From: Phycisphaeraceae bacterium
Lineage (GTDB): Bacteria > Planctomycetota > Phycisphaerae > Phycisphaerales > Phycisphaeraceae
NCBI GenBank assembly: GCA_963674705.1
Contig: OY771506.1
Coordinates: 2,432,001 to 2,496,000, forward strand
Direction of reading: 5' to 3'
DNA: 64,000 nucleotides
Shown here piece after piece: positions 1 through 10,095 of this stretch (the first letter of the stretch is position 1; each line of letters starts with the position of its first letter). A program made the position numbers and the translations under genes. Below the pieces are notes generated by a model, which did no database searches, had not been told where the DNA came from, and saw only the letters and a list, made by a program, of their open reading frames with translations.

Positions 1-392
1 GTCCACAGGTCGTGGATCGCCAGCGTGCCCGAGACGCCGTCGCGGATCATGTGGATGATCTTGCAGTCGGGCATCACGCGGTCGATGAAGCCCAGCCGTA
101 GTGAGTTGCTCGGCGTTTTTTCAAGCAGCCGGCTGCGGCCTTCTTCTTTGACGGCCTTTGCAAACGTGTCGCGGATATAGCGGACAACCTCCGGCCGAGC
201 GTCCGAAGGCTGGAACTGATCGGACTTGCGGTCGTTGCCATAGCGCCAGGTCAACCGTGGTTCTTCGACATACAACACGTCAGGATGCTTGGAGAGGATG
301 TCCCCCATGAGCGTTGTACCGGATCGTGGGGCGCCGATGATGATGATCGGTTTATAGAGAACGTCTTTCTGGTCCGACTGTGTTGGGGTCAT
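1..392 (-). CDS. Sulfotransferase family protein (N-terminal part; runs off the window's left edge)
   Basis: Not in the ORF track. Manual translation gives MTPTQSDQKDVLYKPIIIIGAPRSGTTLMGDILSKHP...LLEKTPSNSLR...KIIHMIRDG, containing the 5'-PSB loop (GAPRSGTT), EKTP and the 3'-PB IRD motif. Confidence 0.88.
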   Translation of the reverse strand, partial: MTPTQSDQKDVLYKPIIIIGAPRSGTTLMGDILSKHPDVLYVEEPRLTWRYGNDRKSDQFQPSDARPEVVRYIRDTFAKAVKEEGRSRLLEKTPSNSLRLGFIDRVMPDCKIIHMIRDGVSGTLAIHDLW

Positions 393-595
393 GCCCATAT
401 CCTAGCAATTCCTGCTCATTCGACCCCGGCTTAACGATCATGAGAAAGCAGGTTTACGGCAAATTAATAACGGGCTCATTTTACAGGCATTTATCTTGGG
501 CGCACAAATGGATTGCGAGTCGATCTCATGCATGATTCCTGCATATACGCGCTGAATTTTCCCATCCTGACACCGCGGGCATCATGCAATGTCGG

Positions 596-1360
596 TTAAT
601 GCCAGGTTGTCGGGTCCTGTTGGTAGAAGTCTTTGAGCAGGTCATAGAGGGCGGGGTGTTTGTGTTTGAATTGTCTGGGCTTCTCGAAAAACGCTTCTGT
701 GATGACAGCGAAAAATTCGGCGGGGTTGGTTGAGCCGTAGGCGTCGATGAAGGTTCTGCGGTGTTTTTCAAGATCGTCACGCAGCACGTCGTACTCGTGT
801 TGCATGATGCGTGCCCAGGGTTTGTACATGCTGCGTTTCGCCAGGGCGGGGGCACCGTCGGTGTCGCCGTCTTCGTCGTCGAGTTGGTGGGCGAATTCGT
901 GGAGAGTGACGTTTCGGCCGTCATCGGGGTTGTATGCGCCGTGGCGGACATCATCCCATGAGAGCACGACGGGACCGCGGTGCCAGGATTCGCCAAGTCG
1001 GGTTTGTTGCGCTTCGACGACGATGCCGGCACCGATGTGCTGTTTCTGGATGGAAGCGTACTTGCTGGGGTAGACGAGGATGGTTTTCAGGTGCGGGAAG
1101 TAATCGGTGTCACGGTGCAGTAAGAGCAGGCATGCCTGGGCGGCGATGGTGACGCGGACTTCGTCTGTGATCTGCTGGCCGGCGCAGCCCTCGAAGCGTT
1201 TTTCGTGGAGGAAGATGCGGATGTGGTTTTGCAGTTCGGCTTTATCTTCGTCAGAAAGTTGGTTGTAGATCGAGACGTTCTGCTCGAGGATGCGCAGCCA
1301 CTTCGGGGGGAAGGGTTTTTCGCAGAGGCGTGCGCGGCGGCGGTGTTTGAATCCGAACAT
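596..1360 (-). CDS. mtfA: Zinc-dependent peptidase, M90/MtfA family
   Basis: IAAQACLLLL, ILVYP, GESW..GPVVLSW, HEFAHQLD zinc motif and YGSTNPAEFFAV.TEAFFE are all typical of MtfA. Confidence 0.85.
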   Translation of the reverse strand: MFGFKHRRRARLCEKPFPPKWLRILEQNVSIYNQLSDEDKAELQNHIRIFLHEKRFEGCAGQQITDEVRVTIAAQACLLLLHRDTDYFPHLKTILVYPSKYASIQKQHIGAGIVVEAQQTRLGESWHRGPVVLSWDDVRHGAYNPDDGRNVTLHEFAHQLDDEDGDTDGAPALAKRSMYKPWARIMQHEYDVLRDDLEKHRRTFIDAYGSTNPAEFFAVITEAFFEKPRQFKHKHPALYDLLKDFYQQDPTTWH

Positions 1361-1377
1361 GAGGGGATTGTATGGGG

Positions 1378-1410
1378 AAGAAAAAGCCCACGTTCGACGG
1401 ACGTGGGCTT
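1378..1410 (-). terminator. Intrinsic terminator downstream of folC
   Basis: Minus strand AAGCCCACGT-loop-ACGTGGGCTT followed by a T-rich tract. Confidence 0.75.
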
Positions 1411-1440
1411 CGGGGTGGCTGTGGTTGTGATTGTTACGAA

Positions 1441-2934
1441 TTACCTTCTTGGTCGCGGCTTGTTGGCGGCGTCCTGGAAGTATTTGCGGGCTTCACCGGC
1501 GAGGTAGAAGCTGCCGGTGATGATGATCAGGTCCTCACGGCTGACCGCACTGGCGGCGAGCTTGAGGGCGTCCTTGAAGGTGGACGCGGTCTGAACCATC
1601 TTGCCTGAGATCTCGTTGAATTTAGTCTGCAGCTCTTCCGGCTCAACCGCGCGGGGGTTGCTCTTAGCGCGGGTGAAGATGATCTTGTCGGCGCCAAGCG
1701 AAACCTGCTTGAGCATGCCGGGCACGTCCTTGTCCTGGCCGCAGCCGAAGATCATCACCAGCGAGTCGTAGCTGATGTGAGCGCCGAGCGAGCGGATCAG
1801 TGCCTGGATTGAGTGGGCGTTGTGAGCGCCGTCGATCAAGACGCGGGGCTGGTCCCAGACCTGCTCCATCCGGCCGTGCAGTTCGGTGGCGGCGAGGCCC
1901 TCGATGACTTTTTCTTCCGGGAGGTTGAAGCCGTGACTTCGCAGCTTATCGAGCATCGCCAAGGCAAGGCCGCAGTTGTAAGCCTGGTGTTCACCCCGCA
2001 GCGGAACAGGCAGGTGCTCGAACCGGCTTGTCGGTGTGGTCAGGCAGACGCGCGTGTGCGGGCCCAATTCGCGGTTGGCTTCGAAGCGATAGGAAAAGTC
2101 GATCTCTTCGCCGGTCGTTTCCAGCGGAGCGCCTACGGCTTCGGCGGTGCTCTTGAGCACTTCCGCGACCTCCGGCTCCTGGGCAACGGTCAGCGAGGGG
2201 ATGTCCTTCTTGAAGATGCCTGCTTTTTCGCGGGCGATCTCGGGCAGCGTCTCGCCGAGGATGTTCATGTGGTCGTAGCTGATGTGGGTGATACCGCTGA
2301 CCAGCGGGTCGACCACGGTCGTGCAGTCCAGCCGACCGCCTAGGCCGGTCTCGAGTACGGCGACGTCAACCGCCTGGTCCGCGAAGTAGCGCAGGGCGGT
2401 AGCGGTCATGATTTCGAAGAACGTCGGCGGGGTCGCGCCGAGGACTTTTTCCTTGGCGGCAATCAGCTTGAAGATCTCGGCGACCTCGTTGTAGCTGATC
2501 ATGGTGCCGTCGATGGTGATGCGTTCGCGCAGGTCGATCAGGTGCGGGCTGGTGTAGAGCCCGACGGTGTAACCGCAGGCGCGGAGCATGCTGGCGAGCA
2601 TGGCGCAGGTCGAGCCTTTGCCCTTGGTGCCGGCGACTTGCACGGCCTTGAGCTGCTGATGGGGGTTGCCGAGGACATCCAAAAGCCGCCGCATCCGCGC
2701 GAGGCTGAAGGTGCGCTCGTCATACTTGACCATCCGCATGCGCTCGTGATCGATGTGCTCATAGAGCCACCGCAGGGCGGTGGTGTAGTTGGTAATCCGA
2801 GTACTCGATGCAGGCTGCGCGGCAGGTTTACGGGCCGGTTTGGCGGTAGACCTGCTCTTTGTGGTTGTTTTCGTAGCCGTTGTCTTATTCGAGCCCCTGG
2901 ACGTCTTCGCGTTTCGACGCGTTGAGGTAGGCAT
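1441..2934 (-). CDS. folC: Bifunctional folylpolyglutamate synthase/dihydrofolate synthase
   Basis: VAGTKGKGST P-loop, YTSPHL..RERI, TFFE, ETGLGGRLD.T, EKAGIFK, DGAHN and TGSFYL. Start set at 2934 because an extended -10 (TGnTATCAT) lies 6 nt upstream. Confidence 0.95.
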   Translation of the reverse strand: MPTSTRRNAKTSRGSNKTTATKTTTKSRSTAKPARKPAAQPASSTRITNYTTALRWLYEHIDHERMRMVKYDERTFSLARMRRLLDVLGNPHQQLKAVQVAGTKGKGSTCAMLASMLRACGYTVGLYTSPHLIDLRERITIDGTMISYNEVAEIFKLIAAKEKVLGATPPTFFEIMTATALRYFADQAVDVAVLETGLGGRLDCTTVVDPLVSGITHISYDHMNILGETLPEIAREKAGIFKKDIPSLTVAQEPEVAEVLKSTAEAVGAPLETTGEEIDFSYRFEANRELGPHTRVCLTTPTSRFEHLPVPLRGEHQAYNCGLALAMLDKLRSHGFNLPEEKVIEGLAATELHGRMEQVWDQPRVLIDGAHNAHSIQALIRSLGAHISYDSLVMIFGCGQDKDVPGMLKQVSLGADKIIFTRAKSNPRAVEPEELQTKFNEISGKMVQTASTFKDALKLAASAVSREDLIIITGSFYLAGEARKYFQDAANKPRPRR

Positions 2935-3056
2935 GGCATCATGATAACAAGAAACACATGCTGCGTCAAATGACAAAGTCTAACTTATTTATATACAAGC
3001 ATTTAGGCGGGTTAGTCAAATTGGTCGCGGAGGGGATAATTATATAATATAACGCT

Positions 3057-4457
3057 TTACTTAACCTTCTCGATCCGTTCCTGACCGTTCATGTAGGGAC
3101 GCAGGGCGGCGGGGATGCTGACGCTGCCATCCTCGTTCTGATATAGCTCAAGGATTGGAACAAGGATGCGCGGGCTGGCGGCGACCGTGTTGTTGAGGCT
3201 GTGGCAGAAGACGGGCTTCTTGGTTTCGGGGTCGCGGTAGCGCAGGTTCAGGCGTCGGCACTGGTAATCATAGAGCCGGCTGGCGGAGTGGGTTTCGCCG
3301 TAAGCGCCGGTGGGTCGGCCGTTCTCGTCTTCGGGGCCGCGGCCGGGCATCCAGCTTTCGATATCGATCATGTCCGCATTCTTTGGTCCCAGGTCGCCGG
3401 TGCAGCATTGCAGCAGGCGGTAGGGGATTTCAAGGCGCTTAAGCAGCGTCTCGACGAAGCTCATCATTTTCTTGTGCCAGTCGCGGGAGACCAGTTCGCT
3501 GGCTTCGCAGATGACGACCTGCTCGACCTTGTCGAACTGGTGGACGCGGAAGACGCCGGCGGTGTCTTTGCCGGCCGCGCCGGCTTCGCGACGGAAACAG
3601 GTGCTGACCGTGGTGTAGCACAGTGGTAGTTGATCTGCGTTTAGTAGTTCACCCTGGTGGTAACCCATCAGGCCGACCTCGCCGGTGCCGGTGAGGTAGA
3701 GGTCGTAGCCGCCGCCGCGTTCGGTTTCCTTGACTTCGTAAGCCTGGTCTTTGCCTTCGGGGAAGAAACCGGTGCCGACCATGCACTCATCGCGGACGAT
3801 GACGGGCACGCTTAGTGGGGTGAAGCCGTTTTCGTTGATCATGAAGTCGAAGGCGAGGCGGAGGATTGCCTGGTGCAGGCGCATGCCGTTGCCGGTCAGG
3901 ACGTAGCTTCGGCTGCCGGCCATCTTGACGCCGCGCTCGAAGTCGAACAGGCCCAAGGTTTCGCCGAGTTCCATATGGGCCTTGGGAGCAAAGCCCTTGT
4001 TCTGCTCGAAGCTTTTAGCCGGATCGAACCAGTCGGGGTGCCAACTGCTGAGTTCGACGTTGTCATCGGCGCTTTGGCCGACGGGGACATCCGGATCAGC
4101 CGGTTGAGGGACGCGCATCCACAGTTCGAGTCGCTTCTGCTCGAGTGCGGCGTTTTGATCGGCGAGCTTAGCCAACTCTTCGTTGATCTGATCGGGTCGG
4201 GCCTTGAGTTGTTGCATCTGTTGCTGGAGAGCTTCGCGTTCGGCGGCATCGGCTTTTTTGAGCTTGCCGGCGATCTGCCCGATCTGCTTGCTGATCTGGT
4301 TTTTCTCAGCGGTGAGTTGCTCGCGCTGGGTGATCAGCGGACGCAATTCGGCATCGGCTGCCAGCAGGTCTTCCACCAGGGAAGCGGGGTATCCCTTCTG
4401 GGGAAGGCCCTTGCGGTACTTGTCGGGGTTGGCTCGAAGGTCTTTGAGGTCGATCAT
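3057..4457 (-). CDS. serS: Serine--tRNA ligase
   Basis: MIDLKDLR N-terminal coiled-coil arm, GTGEV, CFRREAGAAGKDT.G.FRVHQF.KVEQ, ETHSAS, YQ.RRLN.RY and HSLNNT..ASPR. Confidence 0.97.
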   Translation of the reverse strand: MIDLKDLRANPDKYRKGLPQKGYPASLVEDLLAADAELRPLITQREQLTAEKNQISKQIGQIAGKLKKADAAEREALQQQMQQLKARPDQINEELAKLADQNAALEQKRLELWMRVPQPADPDVPVGQSADDNVELSSWHPDWFDPAKSFEQNKGFAPKAHMELGETLGLFDFERGVKMAGSRSYVLTGNGMRLHQAILRLAFDFMINENGFTPLSVPVIVRDECMVGTGFFPEGKDQAYEVKETERGGGYDLYLTGTGEVGLMGYHQGELLNADQLPLCYTTVSTCFRREAGAAGKDTAGVFRVHQFDKVEQVVICEASELVSRDWHKKMMSFVETLLKRLEIPYRLLQCCTGDLGPKNADMIDIESWMPGRGPEDENGRPTGAYGETHSASRLYDYQCRRLNLRYRDPETKKPVFCHSLNNTVAASPRILVPILELYQNEDGSVSIPAALRPYMNGQERIEKVK

Positions 4458-4745
4458 GGCGTTTACGTCTGGTAATAATCGGGGGTCTGGCCCGCATTCG
4501 GGCTTGGTCTGGCTGTCATGGTAGCCGGGTAGCGCGGGATGTCGAACCGCAGGGCCTTTCGTGCGTCTGATATTGGTATGGTCGGCAATCGGACGTTTAC
4601 TCGGTGAGTAGCGTCGATTGACTCGGCCTGCCGATACCAAAACGGGAAGGTGCTTGAATATCCGATGATTATCGGGCACACATCGCCCGTTTGGGCGGAT
4701 ACAATAATCGGTTCTCCCAACTTTGCATCTATGAACGGTTTGATC

Positions 4746-6959
4746 ATGATACAGCGAACGATCAGTGGACAATATCAGCGGACCTTAGCCACACTGCTTG
4801 CCTGCCTGATGGTGGTGTTGAGTATTGCGGGTAATCAGCGGGCGATTGCTCAAAGCGACAGCTTCACGCCGCCGCAATCATCGCCTGTGACCGAGGCCTG
4901 GTCTCGGCTGACATCGGATGGTCTGGGTCTGGCCGAGCGTGCGACTGCGGCGACCGAACTCTTGAACATGAACAACGACGAGGCGACCAGCGCGCTGGCG
5001 CTGGCATTGACGACGCAGCAGAGCAAGATCGGCTGGCGTGCAGTGATCCAGGCAGTGGCGATGTATCCGGAGAATCCGCCGAAGGAGTTGGCCTCCCCGC
5101 TGATCGGCCTGTTAGGTCAGGTGGATCCGGCGTTGTCGGAGGACTTGGCTGCTGCGCTAGGCAGGTTTGATCAATCAGATGTGATCCGGCAGTTACAGAA
5201 AATCGCTGAAAGTGACCGCGAAACGATCGACCGTCGGTGTGGTGCGATTCTGGCGTTGGGCCACGACCGTACGACGCAGACCGCGGGCCTGTTGATGGAA
5301 CTGACAGATCCGAGCGAGCCGGAACAGGTGCAGCAGACCGCGTTCAAGGCATTGGGCATCCTCACCGCGTTGGATCATTACGACGCGGACCGTCAGGCGT
5401 GGGAAGCTTGGTGGAAGAAGAACAAGGGATTATGGGCCAAGGAATGGACGGAACATATCCTCGAGAATTTTGAACGCCGTGAGTCAAGGCGACGGGCGCG
5501 CGATCATCAACTCGAAGACAAGCTGCTGGAATCGCAGCGAGCGTTGTACCAGGCTAACTCCCCGCAGGGTCGGCCGGACGTGCTGGTGTACATGCTGCGT
5601 GATCCGCTGACGCCGATCCGGCAACTGGGCATGGACCTGACGCGCCAGCGTTTGCTGGACGATCTGGAATTCGCCGAGCCGTTGCGTGAGGCGTTGCGTG
5701 GGCGGTTGACCGATCCGGTGCCGACGATCCGGGCCGATGCGGCGCTGCGTTTACGAGACCTGGCGGATGCGAAGTCTGCACAGATTGTTGCCAGCCGGTT
5801 GGGTCAGGAGCAGGAACAGGTGTCGTCGGTATTGGTTGCGTTCCTGCGTCTGATGGCGCGTATGCCGCAGGCGGAGGCGGTGGACCCGGCGGTCGAGTTT
5901 TTGAATGACGAGGCGTTGCGTGCGGATGCGGCGGCGTCGCTGGCGGCTGCGTTCGATGCAGGGTTGATGAGCCGATCGCAGATCAATCGTGCGGCAAAAC
6001 AGGCTCGAAAGTATGTTGTGGATGGTCAGCCACCCGAGCCGTCGGTGATCACGTTGATGGGCAAGGTGGGCAACCAGAAGGACTGGGAAGACATCGCGGT
6101 CTGGGTGGATAATCAAGATACGGCAGTGAAGCAGGCGGCGGCGCGAGCGTGGGCGGATTCGGATCGTCCATTGAATCACCTGGCGGATCGGATTACGGAC
6201 CCGGTGATCGAGCCGATCCTGATCGGGGCAGCGGCCCGCCGGGGCACACGTGCCTATACGCTTAATGCTCTGACACAGAACCGCCCGCAACGCGACAGCA
6301 ATAACGAAGCGTGGCGGCAGGCTTTGGTGGCGATGTCGGGACGCGTGCCCGCCGACTCCGTGCTCATTACCAATCGGCAACTTGCGGATATGGGCGAGAC
6401 GACACAGTTGCGTCTGGATGTTCTTTCAGCAGCGATTAACCGGGAGCAGCAGGAATCGATCACGCCTGCCGATCGGCTCGAACTGCTATTAACGCGTGGT
6501 GAAGTATTACTTGAAGCGGAAGACCCCTCGTCTGCACTTGCTGACTTCCAGACGGTTGAATCACAAGCCTCGGAGTTATCTGCAAAACAGAATGACCGAT
6601 TGGGGCGCGGCTTGATCCGCGCTTACCTGCTGGTCGGGCAGATCGATCAGGCGTTTGAAGTGGCTCGCAGGGTGCTGGGGGCTGAAGGCAGCGGTATCTC
6701 GCCGACCGATGACCGGATTGTCGAACAGTTCATTCAGACCGCTCAACGTCTGCGTCAGCAGAATCGTAAGGAAGAAGTAGCGAAGATCACGACTCAACTT
6801 CGCGACCTGCTCAAACCCGCGATCAAGCCGGAGGTCGGCGCTCAGATTGTGAATCTTGAAGCCTGGCTGAATGGATCGGGCGCCGATACGCCGCCGTTGA
6901 GTGCTGCGGACGATAGCGAGGCGGGCGGCTCATCAGATAGTGATAACAAAGCCGAATAA
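4746..6959 (+). CDS. Exported HEAT-repeat/alpha-solenoid protein with a C-terminal TPR-like region
   Basis: Signal-peptide-like N-terminus (LATLLACLMVVLSIAG..AIA-Q) and repeated helical units such as 'R..AA.AL' and 'L.DP...IR..AA..L'. The start codon is uncertain. Confidence 0.65.
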   Translation: MIQRTISGQYQRTLATLLACLMVVLSIAGNQRAIAQSDSFTPPQSSPVTEAWSRLTSDGLGLAERATAATELLNMNNDEATSALALALTTQQSKIGWRAVIQAVAMYPENPPKELASPLIGLLGQVDPALSEDLAAALGRFDQSDVIRQLQKIAESDRETIDRRCGAILALGHDRTTQTAGLLMELTDPSEPEQVQQTAFKALGILTALDHYDADRQAWEAWWKKNKGLWAKEWTEHILENFERRESRRRARDHQLEDKLLESQRALYQANSPQGRPDVLVYMLRDPLTPIRQLGMDLTRQRLLDDLEFAEPLREALRGRLTDPVPTIRADAALRLRDLADAKSAQIVASRLGQEQEQVSSVLVAFLRLMARMPQAEAVDPAVEFLNDEALRADAAASLAAAFDAGLMSRSQINRAAKQARKYVVDGQPPEPSVITLMGKVGNQKDWEDIAVWVDNQDTAVKQAAARAWADSDRPLNHLADRITDPVIEPILIGAAARRGTRAYTLNALTQNRPQRDSNNEAWRQALVAMSGRVPADSVLITNRQLADMGETTQLRLDVLSAAINREQQESITPADRLELLLTRGEVLLEAEDPSSALADFQTVESQASELSAKQNDRLGRGLIRAYLLVGQIDQAFEVARRVLGAEGSGISPTDDRIVEQFIQTAQRLRQQNRKEEVAKITTQLRDLLKPAIKPEVGAQIVNLEAWLNGSGADTPPLSAADDSEAGGSSDSDNKAE

Positions 6960-6990
6960 GTCTTCATTATCAAAATTGCAGATTTACAAA

Positions 6991-7014
6991 GCATCGCTAA
7001 GCCGCAAGCGGCTT
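6991..7014. repeat. Short REP-like palindrome between convergent genes
   Basis: GCATCGCTAAGCCGCAAGCGGCTT, with arms AAGCCGC/GCGGCTT. Confidence 0.4.
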
Positions 7015-7044
7015 CGTGGGACTTTATGTGGCAGTACCGGTTGC

Positions 7045-7836
7045 TCACCAGTCTTCCATGGGGGTGTTCTCAGACATCCAGCTCCACTCAACATCGGTCA
7101 TGAACCATGTGTAGGCTTCCAGGTCGCTGACGTTCCAGTCGCGGAATTGCTGGATGTTTTCGTATAGTGTGGAAGCGGTTTGAGAACTGGGTTGTTTTAG
7201 CAGTGCATCCAGTTGCGCAATCAGGTTGTCGGGCTTTTCTTCGACGATTTCCAATGCGCGTAACAACCATTTGTGATAGGGGAACAGCTTGCGGTTGTAT
7301 GCCAGGATCAGCCGGCTCGAGAATAAGGCGAGTTGGGTGGCGGCGCGCATAAGCGTGTAGCGGTTGTTGTGGCGCTGGGCTTCGTGGATCAGCCAGTGGT
7401 TGATAAAGGCCATGCAATAAAAGGCCTTGATCCGTTCGTCGTGCCCTAGCTCGGGGTAGACGGGGATCCGTTGAAGCAGCGCGTCGAGATCGGGGATGTG
7501 TGAGTAAGCAGCGAAAGCGCCCTCGAAAGCAGCACGCGACGGCTCATTGCCTTTCTCGGCTACCGCTTTAAGAAATGACAAATTGATAATCTTGCCATCC
7601 ACGTAACCGCCTTCGTAATCACACAGATCACGACGGTTGATGAACAGGTCGCGTTCCGCTTTTCGCTTTTCGAACTCGTCATCGGTTGCGACGATCATGA
7701 AGTCCACATCCGAGTCCGACCGGGCATAGCCTTTGGCGACAGAGCCACCGATGATCAGCGCAAGGAAACGCGGGTCATCTCGGTAAGCGTCGGCGAGACG
7801 GTCGATGGTGCGTTGGTGGTGGGGGAGGATACTCAC
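7045..7836 (-). CDS. Nucleotidyltransferase (Pol-beta superfamily) with a helical C-terminal domain
   Basis: GGSVAKG...DSDVD motif and a later acidic residue (YVDGK). GTG start preceded by TATACT at 6 nt. Confidence 0.8.
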   Translation of the reverse strand: MSILPHHQRTIDRLADAYRDDPRFLALIIGGSVAKGYARSDSDVDFMIVATDDEFEKRKAERDLFINRRDLCDYEGGYVDGKIINLSFLKAVAEKGNEPSRAAFEGAFAAYSHIPDLDALLQRIPVYPELGHDERIKAFYCMAFINHWLIHEAQRHNNRYTLMRAATQLALFSSRLILAYNRKLFPYHKWLLRALEIVEEKPDNLIAQLDALLKQPSSQTASTLYENIQQFRDWNVSDLEAYTWFMTDVEWSWMSENTPMEDW

Positions 7837-7863
7837 TATGGCAGTATACTATTCAATCGGGTG

Positions 7864-8502
7864 TTACTCCGACTGCTCCCAATGTTCTCGCGTTGAGTAA
7901 GGTGAAAGGTCGTCGATGATCTGCCAGACATTCTGAAAAGTACGGAACGCTTCGATTTGAACTTTCTGGTATTGGCTGGGTTTTTCTTTCATATCGTATT
8001 CGATAAAAAACAATGCAAGCGTTTTCGAGAGAGATATGGATGGGATTGATAGGTGTACCGTAGCGGCGTCATCAATAATGAACTCCTTGTCAATCTCGTC
8101 CACTTGAAATGGGTCAATTAACTGGATTGCTGTTTCCAATTGTGAAACATCACTCGGATCTATGACACAGGTCTTAAGTATCTGGTCCACATTGCCTGTC
8201 CAGTTGTAGCCGGGTTTATATCTTCGGATGGCTTGCTCGATCTTGCCGTCTTTATGAACATGTGTAATCCAGGAAGTCAAATCACATGAGAAACCCGGAC
8301 TAAATGAAACCGCTACAAGAACGTCTTCTGGAGGAGATAGCGGGTCAAGCAGCGGTTTAATGCGTTTGCGTGGAGGAAGTGGGGGTCCCATGGCTCGGGC
8401 GATTTTATCAGCGCATGGTGCGCAATAGCCGCCCGTGCGATCTGCGGTGGACTGTAGGAATTCCACACCGCACACGGGGCAAGTTGCTTTTTGTGGCGAC
8501 AT
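7864..8502 (-). CDS. Hypothetical protein with an N-terminal CxxC...CxxC zinc ribbon
   Basis: CPVC-x15-CAPC, SD-like AGGTG before the ATG, and visibly more AT-rich than the flanks. Confidence 0.6.
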   Translation of the reverse strand: MSPQKATCPVCGVEFLQSTADRTGGYCAPCADKIARAMGPPLPPRKRIKPLLDPLSPPEDVLVAVSFSPGFSCDLTSWITHVHKDGKIEQAIRRYKPGYNWTGNVDQILKTCVIDPSDVSQLETAIQLIDPFQVDEIDKEFIIDDAATVHLSIPSISLSKTLALFFIEYDMKEKPSQYQKVQIEAFRTFQNVWQIIDDLSPYSTREHWEQSE

Positions 8503-8537
8503 AAGTCACCTGCTTGTGAGTTTGGCAGATCGCGATT

Positions 8538-10076
8538 TTAGTACGACTTGGCCCAGAGCACGCGGGTGGGGCTTTCTTTGCCGGTGAAGATGCATTTGCC
8601 GGGGCCGTCTAGACCGGGCAGGTCTGCGTTCTGTTGGGGGATGCAGCGGATGGTGACACCCAAATCCTTCTGGACTTCGTCGGCAACGGCTTCGTCGCCG
8701 CACCAGTGTGAGACGGCAAATCCGCCGTGGATTTCGGGTTGTTCCGCGTTCTTCGGGGTGAAATACTTGTAGAACTTGTCTTTGGCGTTGATGACGCGCG
8801 TGTGTTCGGTGCGGTAGGCCTTGGCGTTGTCGAAGAGGGTCTGCTGCATGCCCGCGAGGATGGACGGGACTGTCTGGAGGAATTCGCTTCGCGTGATGCT
8901 CATCTTTTCCTTGTGTGGCAGGTTACGCTGGCCCATGAAAACAGAGTCGGCTTCCATGTCGCGCGGGCCGACCTCAAGGCGGATCGGGATGCCTTTCTTG
9001 ATCCAGGACCAGACCTTGTCGCCGCCCTTGATGTCGCGGTCATCGAGTTCGACTTCGATGGGCCGGCCGTCGTAGTATTGCGATTGGATTTCATCGCGCA
9101 GCTTGTGGCAGTAGTCGATCACGGCGATCGGGTCTTCGGCCTTGAAGGTGATGGGGATGATGACGACATGCGCCGGAGCGAGGCGCGGCGGGAGGATCAG
9201 GCCGTCATCATCGGAGTGGGTCATGATGAGCCCGCCGATCAGGCGTGTGGAGACGCCCCAGCTTGTGGTCCATGCGTGGACGCGTTCGCCGTTCTGATCG
9301 AGGTACATGATCTCCTGTGCCTTGGCGAAGTTCTGGCCGAGGAAGTGGCTCGTGCCGGCCTGCAGGGCTTTTCGGTCCTGCATCATGGCTTCGATGGCAT
9401 AGGTGTTGACCGCCCCGGGGAAGCGTTCGCCGGCAGTCTTTTCGCCTTTGATGACCGGCATGGCCATGTAGTTCTCAGCGAAGTCGGCGTAGATGTCGAG
9501 CATCTGCTCAGTTTCTTCGATCGCTTCTTGTTTCGTGGCGTGTGCGGTGTGGCCTTCCTGCCAGAGGAACTCGGCGGTACGAAGGAACAGACGTGTGCGA
9601 AGCTCCCAGCGGACGACGTTGGCCCATTGATTAATCAATAGCGGCAGGTCGCGGTAGCTTTCGATCCACTTGGCGAAGCTGTAGCCGATGATGGTTTCAC
9701 TGGTGGGGCGGACGACGAGAGGTTCTTCCAGTTCGCCCGCAGGCTTAAGTCCGCCTTGACCGTCGTCTTCCAGGCGGTGGTGGGTGACGACGGCGCATTC
9801 CTTGGCAAAGCCTTCGACGTGCTCGGCTTCTTTTTCTAAAAAGCTCTTGGGGATGAACAGCGGGAAGTAGGCGTTGCGGTGGCCCGTCTCCTTGAACATC
9901 TTGTCCAGCGATCGCTGGATGTTCTCCCACAGCGCATAACCCCACGGCTTGATCACCATGCAGCCGCGCACGGGCGAATTCTCCGCCATGTCAGCAGCGC
10001 GAACGACCTGCTGATACCACTGCGGGTAGTCTTCGGAGCGGGTGGGGGAGATGGCGGTTTTAGCTTGTTTGGCCAT
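8538..10076 (-). CDS. proS: Proline--tRNA ligase, archaeal/eukaryotic type
   Basis: EKEAEHVEGFAKE, RPTSET, NQWANVVRWE.RTRLFLRT.EFLWQEGHT, QAGTSHFLGQNFA and TSWGVSTR. Ends in AKSY and lacks the INS editing domain. Confidence 0.97.
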   Translation of the reverse strand: MAKQAKTAISPTRSEDYPQWYQQVVRAADMAENSPVRGCMVIKPWGYALWENIQRSLDKMFKETGHRNAYFPLFIPKSFLEKEAEHVEGFAKECAVVTHHRLEDDGQGGLKPAGELEEPLVVRPTSETIIGYSFAKWIESYRDLPLLINQWANVVRWELRTRLFLRTAEFLWQEGHTAHATKQEAIEETEQMLDIYADFAENYMAMPVIKGEKTAGERFPGAVNTYAIEAMMQDRKALQAGTSHFLGQNFAKAQEIMYLDQNGERVHAWTTSWGVSTRLIGGLIMTHSDDDGLILPPRLAPAHVVIIPITFKAEDPIAVIDYCHKLRDEIQSQYYDGRPIEVELDDRDIKGGDKVWSWIKKGIPIRLEVGPRDMEADSVFMGQRNLPHKEKMSITRSEFLQTVPSILAGMQQTLFDNAKAYRTEHTRVINAKDKFYKYFTPKNAEQPEIHGGFAVSHWCGDEAVADEVQKDLGVTIRCIPQQNADLPGLDGPGKCIFTGKESPTRVLWAKSY

Positions 10077-10095
10077 TTTGAAACTCTGGGGTTTT

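Noticed and set aside
4458..4772. N-terminal extensions in the ORF track for serS (likewise thrC, hisG, ligA, rbfA and rplM)
   Set aside because: Family-typical N-termini and SD or -10 positions indicate the downstream starts; the extensions run through promoters or neighbouring genes.
7045..8502. MNT-HEPN toxin-antitoxin pair
   Set aside because: The partner has no RxxxxH HEPN motif, and the nucleotidyltransferase is much longer than a minimal MNT.
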